A stretch of 64,000 bases of DNA from Octopus sinensis (lineage: Eukaryota), in NCBI RefSeq assembly GCF_006345805.1, contig NC_043006.1, positions 868,001-932,000 of the forward strand, in the 5' to 3' direction. A program made the position numbers and the translations under genes. The notes beneath the pieces were generated by a model, which was not told where the DNA came from, ran no database searches, and worked only from the letters and a program-made list of their open reading frames with translations. Of the stretch, positions 39,151 to 52,085 are shown one piece after another (within the stretch, counting starts at the first letter, position 1; each line of letters starts with the position of its first letter).

Positions 39151-39260
39151 ATACGAGGGGGTATTGAAAAGTTCCTGAATTTGTGTAAAAGAAAATGGAG
39201 TAGGGTCATTTGTGATTTTATTCAACTTATTCCTTTCTCAGATTCACTTATTGCAGCCAC
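39151..39260. mobile_element. Possible mariner-type terminal fragment
   Basis: TA-CGAGGGGGTATTGAAAAGTTCCTG resembles mariner TIRs (from memory). No partner end found. Confidence 0.3.
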
Positions 39261-39352
39261 TGAACCTTTATATTGTGGTGTGTGTGTATGTGGTGTGTGT
39301 TTGTGTGTGTATAATATTTTTGCGTGTGTGTGTGTATATGTATGTATATATA

Positions 39353-39425
<73 letters not shown>

Positions 39426-39601
39426 ATGTACGTATGTATACATATATAAAGCATAAAGCCATGAGCGAGAGGTGAAGATTTATTTTCCCCTCCGCTTACC
39501 GTTGTTGATTACAACAGTTCGGTGCCAAATGTAGGCTTACTCTTGTAGCTGTATAAAGTTTTGAATTCGCATTTCGTACTATTAATTTATACATATATTA
39601 T

Positions 39602-39638
<37 letters not shown>

Positions 39639-39738
39639 GTTAATCCAAACAAGAACACACAAAAAAAAACACAACAACGCGAGGACGTCGAACAAATAAA
39701 GTATTATTGGACGCTCAGGAAAGAAGGAAAGAAGGAGG

Positions 39739-39773
39739 GTTTAACGTTTCGAGCAGAGCACTTCGTCGGAAAC
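39739..39773 (-). ncRNA. Minimal type I hammerhead ribozyme motif (Penelope-type), probably mutated
   Basis: Minus strand: GTTT-CCGACGA-A-GTGC-TCT-GCTC-GAA-ACGT-T-AAAC. Stem I GTTT/AAAC, palindromic stem III, core U4 replaced by C. Confidence 0.55.
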
Positions 39774-41393
39774 ATAGGGGAAGGAAGATCCAGAGAAGGG
39801 GAGATAGAGGAAAAAAATCGCCAACGGTACACACGCGTATATATATATATATATTATATATATATATATATATTCAAACTGAAACACACACATATTTATC
39901 TTCATGTAGGTGTATAAAACACGTATAGATATATGTCTATACTACATATTTCTATTTTAATTTAAATACCTAAATTCTCTCACAACTGTAGCATTTCAAT
40001 TCTGTTTATCTACGCCTTCTTAGTTAAATAAGAAAACAATAGAAAACCAGTGTAGATGTGTCGCAGTGAAAAAAGATGTTTAAATGTCATTATTTTGTGA
40101 TGATGCAGCTCAGATTCAGATGGAAATTGAATCTCTGATATATGTATAAATTCTCTACGTGGAAAGTAAAGAACACGTACACTCGTCTACACATACGGAT
40201 GTATTCATACACCCTCGCGCTCCCATACACCGAAATGTATATAGGAGTCTTGTATAAATGTTATATAGAACCATGTTTAGAAAGTAATCAGACGATATAC
40301 ATAGCTGACTATCTTTCAGCTGTTGTTGTATTGCAAGAAATAATGAAGTGATGACACATATACACACATGTAATAGAGTAATGGGGAAATATAACCAATA
40401 TGTCAATGAACACTGAAGATAAATTGATCTAGTAAGGTTTCAATGAGAAATGATAATTTAGAAATGTCGAGATAATTGCCGTTACTCGATGTCAGAAAGA
40501 AGTTGCTAGAGAGACAGTGAATATATTATTTCTGTTTGGCTTCATCCAATATTTTACCACATGTTGTGGAGATAGGTTACAGAATTTACTCTTTTATGAG
40601 GAGAAAAAAATTTAGAAAGAAAAACTAAAATCTCATCTGAGTTAACAAATATATAGATTCATATAGTAGAGAAATCAAGTTTCCGTAGTGTATTGCTGGT
40701 TTTAACATCGTTTGTTGAAAAGTTTGAATTGAAGTAAAATAGTTAACGGTACAAGTCGTACATCTGATTTTGGAGGAGCAGTTGTTCTTGGTAGGTATTA
40801 AATTAGCCTACCATGCAAAATATTGAAGTGGCATGTTCCCCTCCTGGAGTTGAGTCCAAGATTAAAATATTTATATTTTACTGAATGAATTCATTTACAT
40901 GCAGGAGGTGGTCAACCACACTATTGTTGATGAATCGCATTAGAATATTATTGACATACATCATAATTTCCCAGTTTTGCATCATTTTTGCAACATTATT
41001 CAACCTGGCGTTTTAGTTTTGAATAGAAGGTTTCTGGCTCTGTATGTTTTCTGAATTATTTAATTTATTTTTTTGGATTTCAATAAATTTGAATACTGCA
41101 ATGCCTTCTTCTATTCCATTTCCTACCTAGAGGCAAGTTTCATGAATTTGGGTAGCATATTTCGCCAGAAAAAACAGACAGTGCTCTAGCTTCATAGTTT
41201 TGAATAACAATTTGTGTATGATACGCATATATATATATATAGATGTATTATTACGCGTATTATAACAGGGTTGCAATTGCAACGGTTACTAATCGGTGCG
41301 GTTGAAACATGTGTAGATCTCAGTAAAGCTGTATATATATATAAAGAATTAAAGGTAATGCTATGCAACTTCGTAATAATCCTTATTATTATT

Positions 41394-41439
<46 letters not shown>

Positions 41440-41645
41440 TCAGTATACACAAACAAGTGCATATACTTATCATAAACTGATGAGTGGGACTTTAAGTGTC
41501 ACCTAACAACTTCACCACCTTATTCAATCTTGACTCATCCATCATTGAGTTTCCATGTTTGTAAATATCCTTTTGTCATTCTTAAACTTAAAAATTACTA
41601 CCTCTGTTTCACATTTCTAGATCTCTTTCTCTATCTCTCTTTTTC

Positions 41646-41701
<56 letters not shown>

Positions 41702-41753
41702 ACACGTGTATGTTTTATTGTGAATTTTACTCATATACCATATAACATGGTAC

Positions 41754-42130
41754 CTGAAGACTTTCTTTAATTAGGCCTTTTTCTTATAAGTTGCAACTAG
41801 TCAAAACTGCTGTTACTCATAGTAAGCTGTATAACTCTATAACTTTGCTGTATATCACACGTGTGTGTATGTGTGTGTGTGTGGGGGTTGTACGAACGTG
41901 TTTAGAAATGTCTAATCTGACGCTGTAAGCGTTGCAAAGTCTACCTCATCTAAGCAATGTGTACATTTATTAGAAGTGGGAATGATGTGTCTATATGTAA
42001 TTAAAAGTTGTTAAATGTATGATACACAGCATCGTCATAGAGTATAGTTATACATCTCACTATGAGAAACAGAAGTTTTGACTAGTTGCAACTAGTAAGA
42101 AAAAAAGGCGTAATAAAAGAAGCTCTTTAG
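41754..42130. mobile_element. MITE-like element with ~100-bp imperfect inverted arms
   Basis: 41754-41856 is the reverse complement of 42021-42130 (shared AGTTGCAACTAGTCAAAACT..CTCATAGT..TGTATAACT). Confidence 0.7.
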
Positions 42131-42727
42131 ATTCGATGTTATATGATATATGAGTGAAATTCACAATAAAACTACTAAGTGGATGCCAAGAAGAGGTTAT
42201 TGTATTTGTACATTTTGTCATTTATGGCAAACCTTAATATTCTGAAAAAAAAATCTCTTCCATCAGCTTGCTGTGCTGTTCTGCATCATTTTGAAATATA
42301 ACTGTGCTTAGTCTAGAAAAATCTAAGAATGTTTTTCGTTAAGAAATCGATACTTGATACCTTGGTGCTTCGCGGTGACTTGAAAGGCAACGTATATATT
42401 TTATCAAAGGGAATTATGTTCTCGAGTCCACATAAATATTCTTTAATTTATGTACCCGACCATGTTGTTCCGAGACTTTTCAGAGTGAAGCAAGATGAAC
42501 GCCATGTTTGGTGTTGCTATTGTTTCAATGGAGGTAGAAGGATTCTCCTCCAACCGCTACCCTAATGTTGAATCATGAATAATTATCGAGGATAATAAAT
42601 ATTTGCAGATTCTTTCTGCATAAACAGTTCAGATTGAAAATCATACTTGTTAATAAATTATTTGATGAGAATAAACATTTGTTTTAACAGTTTTTAATGT
42701 GAATAAATAGAATCAATTATTTCATGT

Positions 42728-43100
42728 TTATCTTTTATCTTTTACCTTTTGTTTCATTCATTTGACTACGGTCATGCTGGGGCACCGTCTTCACGAGTTT
42801 AGTCGAATAAGTCGTCTGGTACGTATTCTATTAAACTCTTTTGCCGAATTGATAGCTTATAGGGACGTAAACAAAACAACAACAGTTATAGAGCGGTGAT
42901 GGGGACAGACACAAACACACATTCACATATTCACGTAAGACGGTTTTCCACACAGATTCCCTTTGCCAGATTCATTCACGAGGCGCCAGTCAGCATGAAG
43001 ATCTAGGAGAGGATATTCGCCCAAGGTGCGCTCAGCCGGACTGAACCCGTATCCATAGTTACAAAGCGAGTTTATTAACCCCAAAGCTATATCTGCGCCT
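42728..43100 (-). mobile_element. SINE family B, old copy
   Basis: TTTCATTCATTTGACTACGGTCATGCTGGGGCACC..CTTTTGCCGAA..GGGACGTAAAC..CCCAAGGTGCG..GGACTGAACCC..ATCTGCGCCTA. Confidence 0.7.
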
Positions 43101-43414
43101 ATCGAAAAGCTTGAAAAATACAGTTTGTATATCACTTAATAAGGAGGGAGGAAACTGCTCGCAGACCTTTTCCGTACGTCCGAGATTTGTGGGAGGTAGA
43201 GTAGGAGGAAGGCCCTCTAAAACCGGAAACCTAGCATTAATGATGCAATAGAACTGATTCCGCTAATTGGCACCAAAAGTGCTACTTGTGGTGTTGAAGT
43301 AGGCCACAAGATTTAAACCCGGAACGCCAAAAGTGGAACGCTTCTGTCTTGTCGCTCTAACTATTCTCCTGAGGCAGAACTTTTGACTGGAATTGGCTTG
43401 CTTTACATGATAAT

Positions 43415-43565
43415 ATCTAAATTAGGCACAAAGACAACGGAATTTGAGGCGAAGAATTTAGCCGATACCAACAGCCCCAGTATTTAACTGGTACTATGTT
43501 TTATCGACCCGGGATTGATGGAAGGCATATTTTGACCTCCGCAGAAATTGAAATGCAGACGTAGA
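43415..43565 (-). mobile_element. SINE family A, decayed
   Basis: CCCCAGTATTTAACTGGTAC..TTTTATCGACCC..GATGGAAGGCA matches the reverse complement of the core. Confidence 0.6.
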
Positions 43566-43911
43566 ATACCATAAGAAATACCACAAGGCATTTTGTAAGG
43601 GATTCTAACGATTCTACATTTTCGCAGCATTAGATTGGTACAGATCTGAAATGAATAGCAAAATATTTTCATTTCGTCAGGTGCCACATTCCACTGCAAC
43701 ACACACACACATTGCGAGTAGGATTGACAATGACCTGTTCGTAATTGCGCGTCGAAAGTTCTATAATCTCACGATATGAATTAAACGGGAATTAAGAGGA
43801 ATTTTTTTATATTTTTAGACGGCTAAAATGGTGTTTCCATGATGTAATCGCTTTAGCTTTATATCACGGTCTGAGATGATGTCACTTTCCAGACAAATGC
43901 AATACCAAAAC

Positions 43912-43942
<31 letters not shown>

Positions 43943-44286
43943 TATACACACACATGCACGCACACACATACATATACATACGCATATACACATAAATATA
44001 TACACGCACACACACATATACATCTTTAATCTCCTTTCTGTCAACAATTCAAATGTAAGATTTCTTCCCTGAATATAGAGGCTCGTATTATGCGACGATG
44101 GGATAAATTTACAAGCATTATTTTGGACCACCGAGCACCTAGAAACAGCTGTTGAATTTGTAATACTCTTCTCCAACGCCTTTAATTCTTGATATCATTT
44201 CTATTCTGTCGAACCTTTTTGTATGTATTTAATATATTTAATATTCTTTGTATATTACCCTACCTAACTTGCTTATCCTTACATTT

Positions 44287-44324
<38 letters not shown>

Positions 44325-44327
<3 letters not shown>

Positions 44328-44499
44328 CGCAGGAGTGGCTGTGTGGTAAGTAGCTTGCTTACCAACCACATGGTTCCGGGTTCAGTCCCACTGCGTGGCA
44401 CCTTGAGCAAGTGTTTTCTACTATAGCCTCGGGCCGACCAAAACCTTGTGAGTGGATTTGGTAGACGGAAACTGAAAGAAGCCTGTCGTATATATGTAT

Positions 44500-44534
<35 letters not shown>

Positions 44535-44770
44535 GCGCGTGTGTCTGTGTTTGTGTGTCTGTGTTTGTCCCCCTAGCATTGCTTGACAACCGATGCTGGT
44601 GTGTTTATGTCCCCCGTTACTTAGCGGTTCGGCAAAAGAGACCGATAGAATAAGTACTGGGCTTACAAAAGAATAAGTCCCGGGGTCGAGTTGCTCGATT
44701 AAAGGCAGTGCTCCAGCATGGCCGCAGTCAAATGACTGAAACAAGTAAAAGAGTAAAAGAGTAAAAGAGT
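44325..44770 (+). mobile_element. SINE family B, full length, inside (TA)n
   Basis: Head AGGCGCAGGAGTGGCTGTGTGG..GGGTTCAGTCCC, internal (TA)/(TG) tract, tail (GTAAAAGA)x3; (TA)n on both sides. Confidence 0.9.
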
Positions 44771-45067
44771 ATATATATATATATTTATATCGTAGAAATA
44801 TTAAAATTAAAATAACAATAATATACGTTTTTATTATTAGTTTGCAATTTACTTAATCATCGGTATACTATTGTTATTTTAATTTTAATATTTCTATTAT
44901 ATGTAATTTTCTAGATGGTGTAATTTAATTGTTCATTTTGAATTGATAAAAGGTGGGTTTTTTTCTAATTTATATATATATATATATATTATATTTTGTG
45001 AAATTTGATTTAGTATTTCTAAATTGAATTTTTCCCTGTAAGTTAGAATAATATTCCCTCAAATAAG

Positions 45068-45145
<78 letters not shown>

Positions 45146-46042
45146 TATATATACACTGAAGCGAAGCTTTCGCCACGAGAAGACATTTACTCAACATGTC
45201 ATTTAGCGGAATGGGACGGTTGTGAGGAGAACTCCTTAACGACACGGTTAAGCTACCGCCCGCATCTTTACGCTCTTCGTGTGATTATGCGTAAAGTAAT
45301 GTTTGAAGATTTATCGATTGGAAATACATACTCATTAGTTTTATATAAATTTAAGTAAACACGTTGCAACGTATATCTATTGACCAATATATTCACAGTT
45401 TGAGAAGTACAAATACTGTAACATGAAAGCCATTACGTAAGACTGGAGGCAGTAAATCTGGAAGGGAAATTGAAGGGAAAAGGCAAAGCACTACAGTAAA
45501 ATCGAAATGTATTTATTCTAGGTCAGTTTAGATTTGGATAAACTGCTTCAAGTATCATTAACGGAAGAAAATATCTTTACATTCTATTTATTTTGTCGGA
45601 AAACAAGAGTAATAATGTGTTGTTTTTTCTCTTCTAGGAAACATAATCTGTTCTAAAAATCCATTTAAAGTAATGTTTATCGATTTTTGATCTTATTTGA
45701 TGAACAACATTTAAAACACGAAAAGATTAATTCGTGTAGTAGTGATCGTGGTGAAATGTGTGTGACTGAGTGAGTGTGTGCATGTGTGCGCGTGCGTAAA
45801 TGTGAGTGTCTGTATGTGTCTCTGTGTGTTGAACGCGCGCATGTGTGTCCATATATGGTAAATACCTCAGAGCATGGCTACCGGTGTCGACTGTTTTAAC
45901 AGATTGCTGACGCTGATAAATACTTTTAGAAAAGTTCTTTATATGACTATGATGTCTGACACTTTTCTTTTTGACCCCCTACGATTGTTTTCTATCCTTA
46001 CACCGTGTAGATATCTCTCTCTTTCTCTCTCTCTCTCTCTCT

Positions 46043-46097
<55 letters not shown>

Positions 46098-46098
<1 letters not shown>

Positions 46099-46983
46099 CA
46101 AGTCATCCCATAAGTTTTGTCTGATTTTACCTATTTTAAAATTGAATGGAAATTTAATAGTATTTTAGAATGTCTAATGGAATTTAAAATTATTTTTATG
46201 CATTTGTGTACATTTAAACTAATTAAATATTATTTTACAGAATAATAGAATTAAAATTTCTAACATGCAAGTATCCAAAGAGCTTTTAAGGCACATAATG
46301 CTTTATGAGTAGGAAAAAAGGAAACTCTGCAGCCAAAACGATTCGAAACATACACTCAGTTTATGGGAAATAATGCTTGAATGAAAGAACTTGCAGAAGA
46401 GGGTTTACAGAATTCAGAAGTGGAGATTTCAGCCTTGAAGATGAAGATCGAACTGGACTTCAAGTTGAGTTTGAGGATAATCTCCTTGAGGAATTGAAGA
46501 AAATCCTGCATTATCAGTTGAAGAATTGGCAATAAAGCTTAGTTCAAACCATACGACTGTTCATCGTCATCTTCAACAACTTGGAAAGGTTTTTAAACTT
46601 GGAAAATGGGTGCCTCATGAATTGTCCGACAGCAACTGCAAATGCCGAGTTGACATCTGCTCTTCTCCCCATTCTCGCGAACTCATTTCACCCTTTTTGG
46701 ATAGACTTGTGACTGGTGACGAAAAATGGATCTTCTATCGAAATGTTAAACGTCGTAAACAGTGGCTTGGTAAAAGAGAAAAAGCTCAACCACAACCGAG
46801 AAGGGAACTTCATGGGAAAAAGGTTGAAACCAACAGAGTTTTACATTGATGGGATTAAAAAGCTTGTAAATAGATGGAAGGAAGTCATAGATAATCAGGG
46901 AAAGTACATTGATGATTAAATTTCACTTAAATATAAATTTGGTCACTTGTTTTCTTTATTCAAAATTCGGACGGAACTTATGG
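46098..46983 (+). mobile_element. Mariner element, internally deleted
   Basis: Left TIR TCAAGTCATCCCATAAGTTTTGTCTGATTTT; right end reverse complement CCATAAGTTCCGTCCGAATTTT (outer part lost); TA context. Confidence 0.85.
46265..46919 (+). pseudogene. Mariner transposase remnant
   Basis: HTH region (FRSGDFSLED), GKWVPHEL, VTGDEKWI, then a jump to FYIDGIKKLVNRWKEVIDNQGKYIDD*. In-frame stops in the N-terminal part. Confidence 0.85.
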
Positions 46984-47864
46984 CATATATATATATATAT
47001 ATATATTAGCGTTGTATAGTAGTAGTGTTGTACATTATTGTTGATACTTCTGGGTGTTTGAAGTGATTGTGCACAGCGGAACTGTTTGCTGTCTGCTGCA
47101 GACTGTCTTCCGAGTAGTCTAAAGTGGTGATATCTGTACATAGCGTGTGCTGATGAGAAGTGTGCTGCAGTGTGGTCTTACTGGTTATTGTAGAGAGATT
47201 GAGAACAAAAGACGAGTCCTTTATATGTCACACTGGATTTGATGCAATGCCTGGATACTAATAAATTTTTGGTGTTGGTTAAATGTCGTACCTACAAGTT
47301 CTTAAAGTATGTTTGCGTCTCGTTTTGCTTTGTTACTTATATTGCTCTTGTGTTGTGAGTGTTGTAGAAATGTTATATGTAATTCCAAATACTTTTGTCT
47401 TCCACACATGGAGTAGTTCTATGATGTTCAATCAAATGGTCAAATGTTATGTTCCATAATATTGACGTTAAAATGAAGCTGGAAGAATTGAGGGGCGTTG
47501 CTTTATTCTTATTGATTTGGAAAGAAGTCTGCAGGTGATTGTTGTGGTTTGGATAGTAGCACAGCTGTATCACAGCGGTAGCATGTACGTGTGGTATCAT
47601 CCGATCCGTGTGATATCTCCTACCAACTTCTTCTCTGGATAAATTGGTAGGTGGTTTAAGTAAGAGAACATTTGCTAGTCCAGAAAATTCTGTTTTGTAC
47701 AGTCAGAATTAGGTTAAAATTTTGTTAAATGTGATTTTCTCAATGATGTATAAATGTCGTTTAATGATTTAGAGGAAACAGCTGAATAAGTTAAAACTGG
47801 AAAGAGGAAGTGGCGACATTGTCGCAACGTTATTGAAACTCAACTTTTGCATTATTCTGTTTGA

Positions 47865-48087
47865 ATAATAATGGTTTCAAATTTTGCCACAAAGGCAGCA
47901 GTTTCGGGAAAAGGGATGAGTCGATCACATCGACCCCAGTGTTCAACTGGTATTTATTTCATCGACCCCGAAAGGATGAAAGGCAAAGTTGACCTCAGCA
48001 GAATTTGAACTCAGAACGTAGCGATGGGCGAAATACTGCTAAGCATTTCGTCCAGTGTGCTAACGATTCTGCCGGCTTGCCGCCTTA
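47865..48087 (-). mobile_element. SINE family A, full length
   Basis: Reverse complement of the 17809/22079 copies. Confidence 0.85.
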
Positions 48088-49049
48088 TTCCGTATGAATA
48101 ACAATAATCAACGAAATGTCAGAACACGTTCATGGCATGTTTGGATACTGGTCATGTATACTTAGTGAGTAACATGAATTTTCCAGTGATATTTTCAATA
48201 ACATTTTACTTAACCCTCGGGGGCCTTCTGCTCGGCGGAGGCTCCTGAGCTGCAGTTCTTAAACCCCAAGAGTATATCCAATACTGTGTACCCTATAAAT
48301 ACACTTGGTGATCCGTGTTGTGTCATTTGTAAAAGGAGGTGTTGGATATCTAGTATATAAATGAATAGCAAGGAATGGATTCAGATGCTTTCTTGATGTC
48401 GATGGTAGTTAAAATGATGTGTAGTGTGTAAGATTTTGCTATTGATATTGCTGTTACGTGGTATGAGGGCGTGCGAGAAATAGCATCCAAATATTTCCTT
48501 TTCTGGGGAAAGGAACTGTTTACGCATGATTTCGATGTCACATTCGTTGTAAGCTTGCGAAATAACATGGAAAGGAAAAAAAAGCCTCGAAACAAAACTA
48601 CCATGCAATCTTCTTTTAGTAAAGTTTCTTAGGAAATTGTTGTTTAACTCTGTATCTTGTCTGATTGACCATATCTACGACCAAAAGCACTCCAGCCGTC
48701 AGCATCCCGTCTTTTTGTATCTTCGATTCTACACTGCTTTATGAAACCTTACTCTAAGACGGTAAGAAGTTATTCGAGGGGTATTTGGTTGTTATTTATG
48801 GCATGTCGAACAACAGCCATGTGACTTGCTCTTTCAAAGTAGTGGTGTGAACCAGTTTTCTTATTTGGTGAGGGGTGTGTGTGACTCAATGATTAGCTGT
48901 TGTACCACCTATTAATAGCACCCTATTGATGTTACTTAGTTCGGAGATCTTCAGATCTACACACCCCAACCTTTCCAAAATCATTTGTAAAGCATATTAT
49001 TAGTGAAATATTAACGAGAAGACAAAGGAGAGTCTGTATCCTTACAATG

Positions 49050-49330
49050 CTTTCCCCTTCGTTACTGGATGAGTGGGAAATTTGTAAAAGCATATAATTT
49101 TATCAAACATGCTAATTTTGCTGCCCTTTTCCATATTGCTGTTTATGAGAAACACCATCTCAGAGTATTCAATATTCAATGGTTTAAAAGCTATCTCATT
49201 TCGTAATACTCAAAGTACTTGCGATAAATGTTGTCGCTCATTGTAATTTAGATTCACACACCTCTAGAATCCTGCATAAAGTCTCTAATTATTAATTCTG
49301 GAGCAATTATGTAGATGACCAGGATAAAGA
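49050..49330 (+). mobile_element. Possible decayed CR1/L2-type RT fragment
   Basis: QWFKSYL-like stretch (~49188) and TATGTAGATGAC = YVDD (49308-49319) at plausible spacing; otherwise degenerate. Confidence 0.3.
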
Positions 49331-49776
49331 AATGAAATGGCATTGCTCATTCGGATTAGCAAATTCGATTAATGTCGTTTAGGGATTTACGGGAAGCAAC
49401 TGAATTGGTTAAAACTGTAAACAGAAAGAGACGACACTATTGCTACGTTGTTGAAAGAAGTTCTATTGTAATCCATATTAATGATAATAAAGAAGAAGAG
49501 TAGAACATTTATATGGCAAGTTGGAATATTGGACATGTGTATTTACTGACGTTATAAGAGAACATGGAATAAATCTTTTATTGGAAATTTGGATGTCGAA
49601 ACAGACAGGCTAGATATAATAGAGTGTATATATTCGGTTAAAAATTCCTCTGGAGAAACAAAAACCGAAGGCTGGCTGTGGGGCTCAAACCCACAGCTCC
49701 TGTAAACATGACAGGAGATGAGAGTTCGAGTTCCACTTGCAGCCTTCGACTTCTGCTTCCTTAAGATCCAACATTA

Positions 49777-49944
<168 letters not shown>

Positions 49945-50079
49945 CTAAGCTGTGTTCCTTTGAAGCCCATTTGCTTACCCCATTATTCAAACATTTGTAT
50001 GTAGATGTTATGTTTCTCTAAGGCATGCATGAAAGTTGAAAAATAATGGAAAATAATTTTTGCAGGGTAATTCCATATA

Positions 50080-50281
50080 TCAGAACAGGGGATTGGAAAA
50101 AAGTTTTTGGTATCATTTATACACCATTACACGTGTTTCGTTTACTAAAATTATACACGTAGAAGATATCCTGCATGTAGGTTATCTTCTACATGTATAA
50201 TTTTGTAACTCCTATTAACAGATGAAACCCGTGTAATGGTGAATACATAAAACCAAATATTTATTCCAATCTCTAGTTTTG

Positions 50282-50282
<1 letters not shown>
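50080..50282. mobile_element. Fold-back (palindromic) MITE flanked by TA
   Basis: Arms 50080-50175 and 50176-50282 are reverse complements with mismatches and one indel; centre CCTGCA|TGTAGG. Confidence 0.75.
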
Positions 50283-50333
<51 letters not shown>

Positions 50334-51269
50334 AATACATACACTAGAGTGTAATCCATCATATGACAAATTTTGGAACATATTATTACCACCATGGCTA
50401 ATGTCAGAAAACATGGCATACAGATAATAATACAATAGTTATGATTTAACTTTTAACGAATTTCTCAGTACTTAAAACAAAAATAATGAAATGAATACTA
50501 ATTTCCAAACAAAAAATATTTATCACATAAAAATAAAATTTAAATTTATAAAAAAATGACTCATTAGCGTATTTTCAGTAATTATATGTAACTCATTTTC
50601 TAAATTTTATCTACATAATAACAGTCTACTTCATTGAAAAATCTATCTCATCAAAAGTTCATTAAAAGATGTGTATTTTTCAAAACGTTATCATAGCTTG
50701 CCACCAAGCCTGGTATGTGCACTTATTCGACACCTCTTATATTAGCTCACTCCGCATTCCACTTTTATTTATACCTCTCCCTCTTTATATACGATGTACG
50801 GTATGGAGTGACAGGAGAAATCAATTAACCAACCAAGCAACATATATTTCGGTCATTATTTACATATATTGCATTAAAAACTTCAATCTTGCACATGCTT
50901 GCACGCTTGCTTGCAATGTAACACAGCCAAACCGGCGCATACTTTGAAAGTAAGTAAAGCGTCCCTGAAATGTGAATACAAACGGAATAAAACAAGTTTC
51001 GCGTAAATCGGACCAGAGATATTCAGGGCTTTGGGGGTATAAAAAACCCCAAATGGTGCATAATGGGAAAATACTCCAAAATAACTTAATCCTGAAAGGG
51101 AAGAAACTCTAACCATTGCATTAGACGCATTATGATAGGCAAAATATTTTCAAGTGAAAACGACTTTGAAAATACGGTAAATATTTCGTAAAAGACCCGT
51201 TCGTAACCTCGGTGTGAAATATTTTTTTCCATAGGCTTCTTTCGAGTGCATTCAACATATCTCACTTCC

Positions 51270-51388
51270 AAAGATTTGGCTACTATTTCTAGCACACCCT
51301 ACTACCACGTAGCCGCTATTTGCGATAAAGAACCCGAAATACCTGTTACGTGGTAGGAGGGCGTGCGAGAAATAGCAACCAAATCTTT
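51270..51388. repeat. 44-bp inverted repeat with a 31-nt spacer
   Basis: 38/44 identity between 51270-51313 and the reverse complement of 51345-51388. A solo copy of the right arm is at 48451-48505. Confidence 0.8.
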
Positions 51389-51438
51389 CCTTTTCTGGAA
51401 ATATTGGTGACCCAACGGGTCATGAGTAGTCTAGTATA

Positions 51439-51553
<115 letters not shown>

Positions 51554-51557
51554 TATA

Positions 51558-51954
51558 TCTTTATATATAAAAGTAAGGTTGTGTCTCTGTCTCCTACGAT
51601 TTAGATTCCTAACTACTCCCACATTTTGCGGTGCAGTTTAACCAAAACCGGGTATCTTATAGTCGTGATTCATATCGAGCCCTTCTGGGTATTAGCGCGC
51701 ATCTACGATGAGTCTACGATTTTAAAAATAATTTACCATCATTTTTCTCCATTTTAATGCATTTTTTTCGCTATTATATAAGGGAAGTAACTCTCTAAAA
51801 ATGTCTACGATGAGTCAACGATTTAAAAAAAAAATTACCATAATTTTCTTCCATTTTTAATGCATTTTTTTGCTATGTTTTGGCTATAACTCTCTAAAAA
51901 TGCTTTATAGTTCTTTCCCTTACAAACCCGAGCAACGCCGGGCGATACTGCTAG
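51558..51954 (+). mobile_element. Non-autonomous Helitron (~397 bp) in (TA)n
   Basis: A|TC start, CCCGAGCAACGCCGGG hairpin, CTAG|T end, internal ~100-bp tandem duplication. Confidence 0.9.
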
Positions 51955-52054
51955 TATATATATATCTAAATATATATAGATGTGTATATATATATATAAT
52001 ATATATATATATAGATAGATAGATATAAATACCTATATTTACATATATATACTG

Positions 52055-52085
<31 letters not shown>

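Noticed and set aside
43859-44176. Minus-strand 105-aa ORF as an exon
   Set aside because: Half of it is microsatellite, there is a stop just upstream, and the splice signals are weak.
17809-44400. tRNA genes at SINE heads
   Set aside because: A/B-box-like motifs continue into SINE bodies; no complete cloverleaf.
47000-47800. Decayed Tx1-like ORF1 on the minus strand (TCYRC.. and A/C skew)
   Set aside because: The knuckle lacks its H and last C, and all frames are interrupted; too weak to call.
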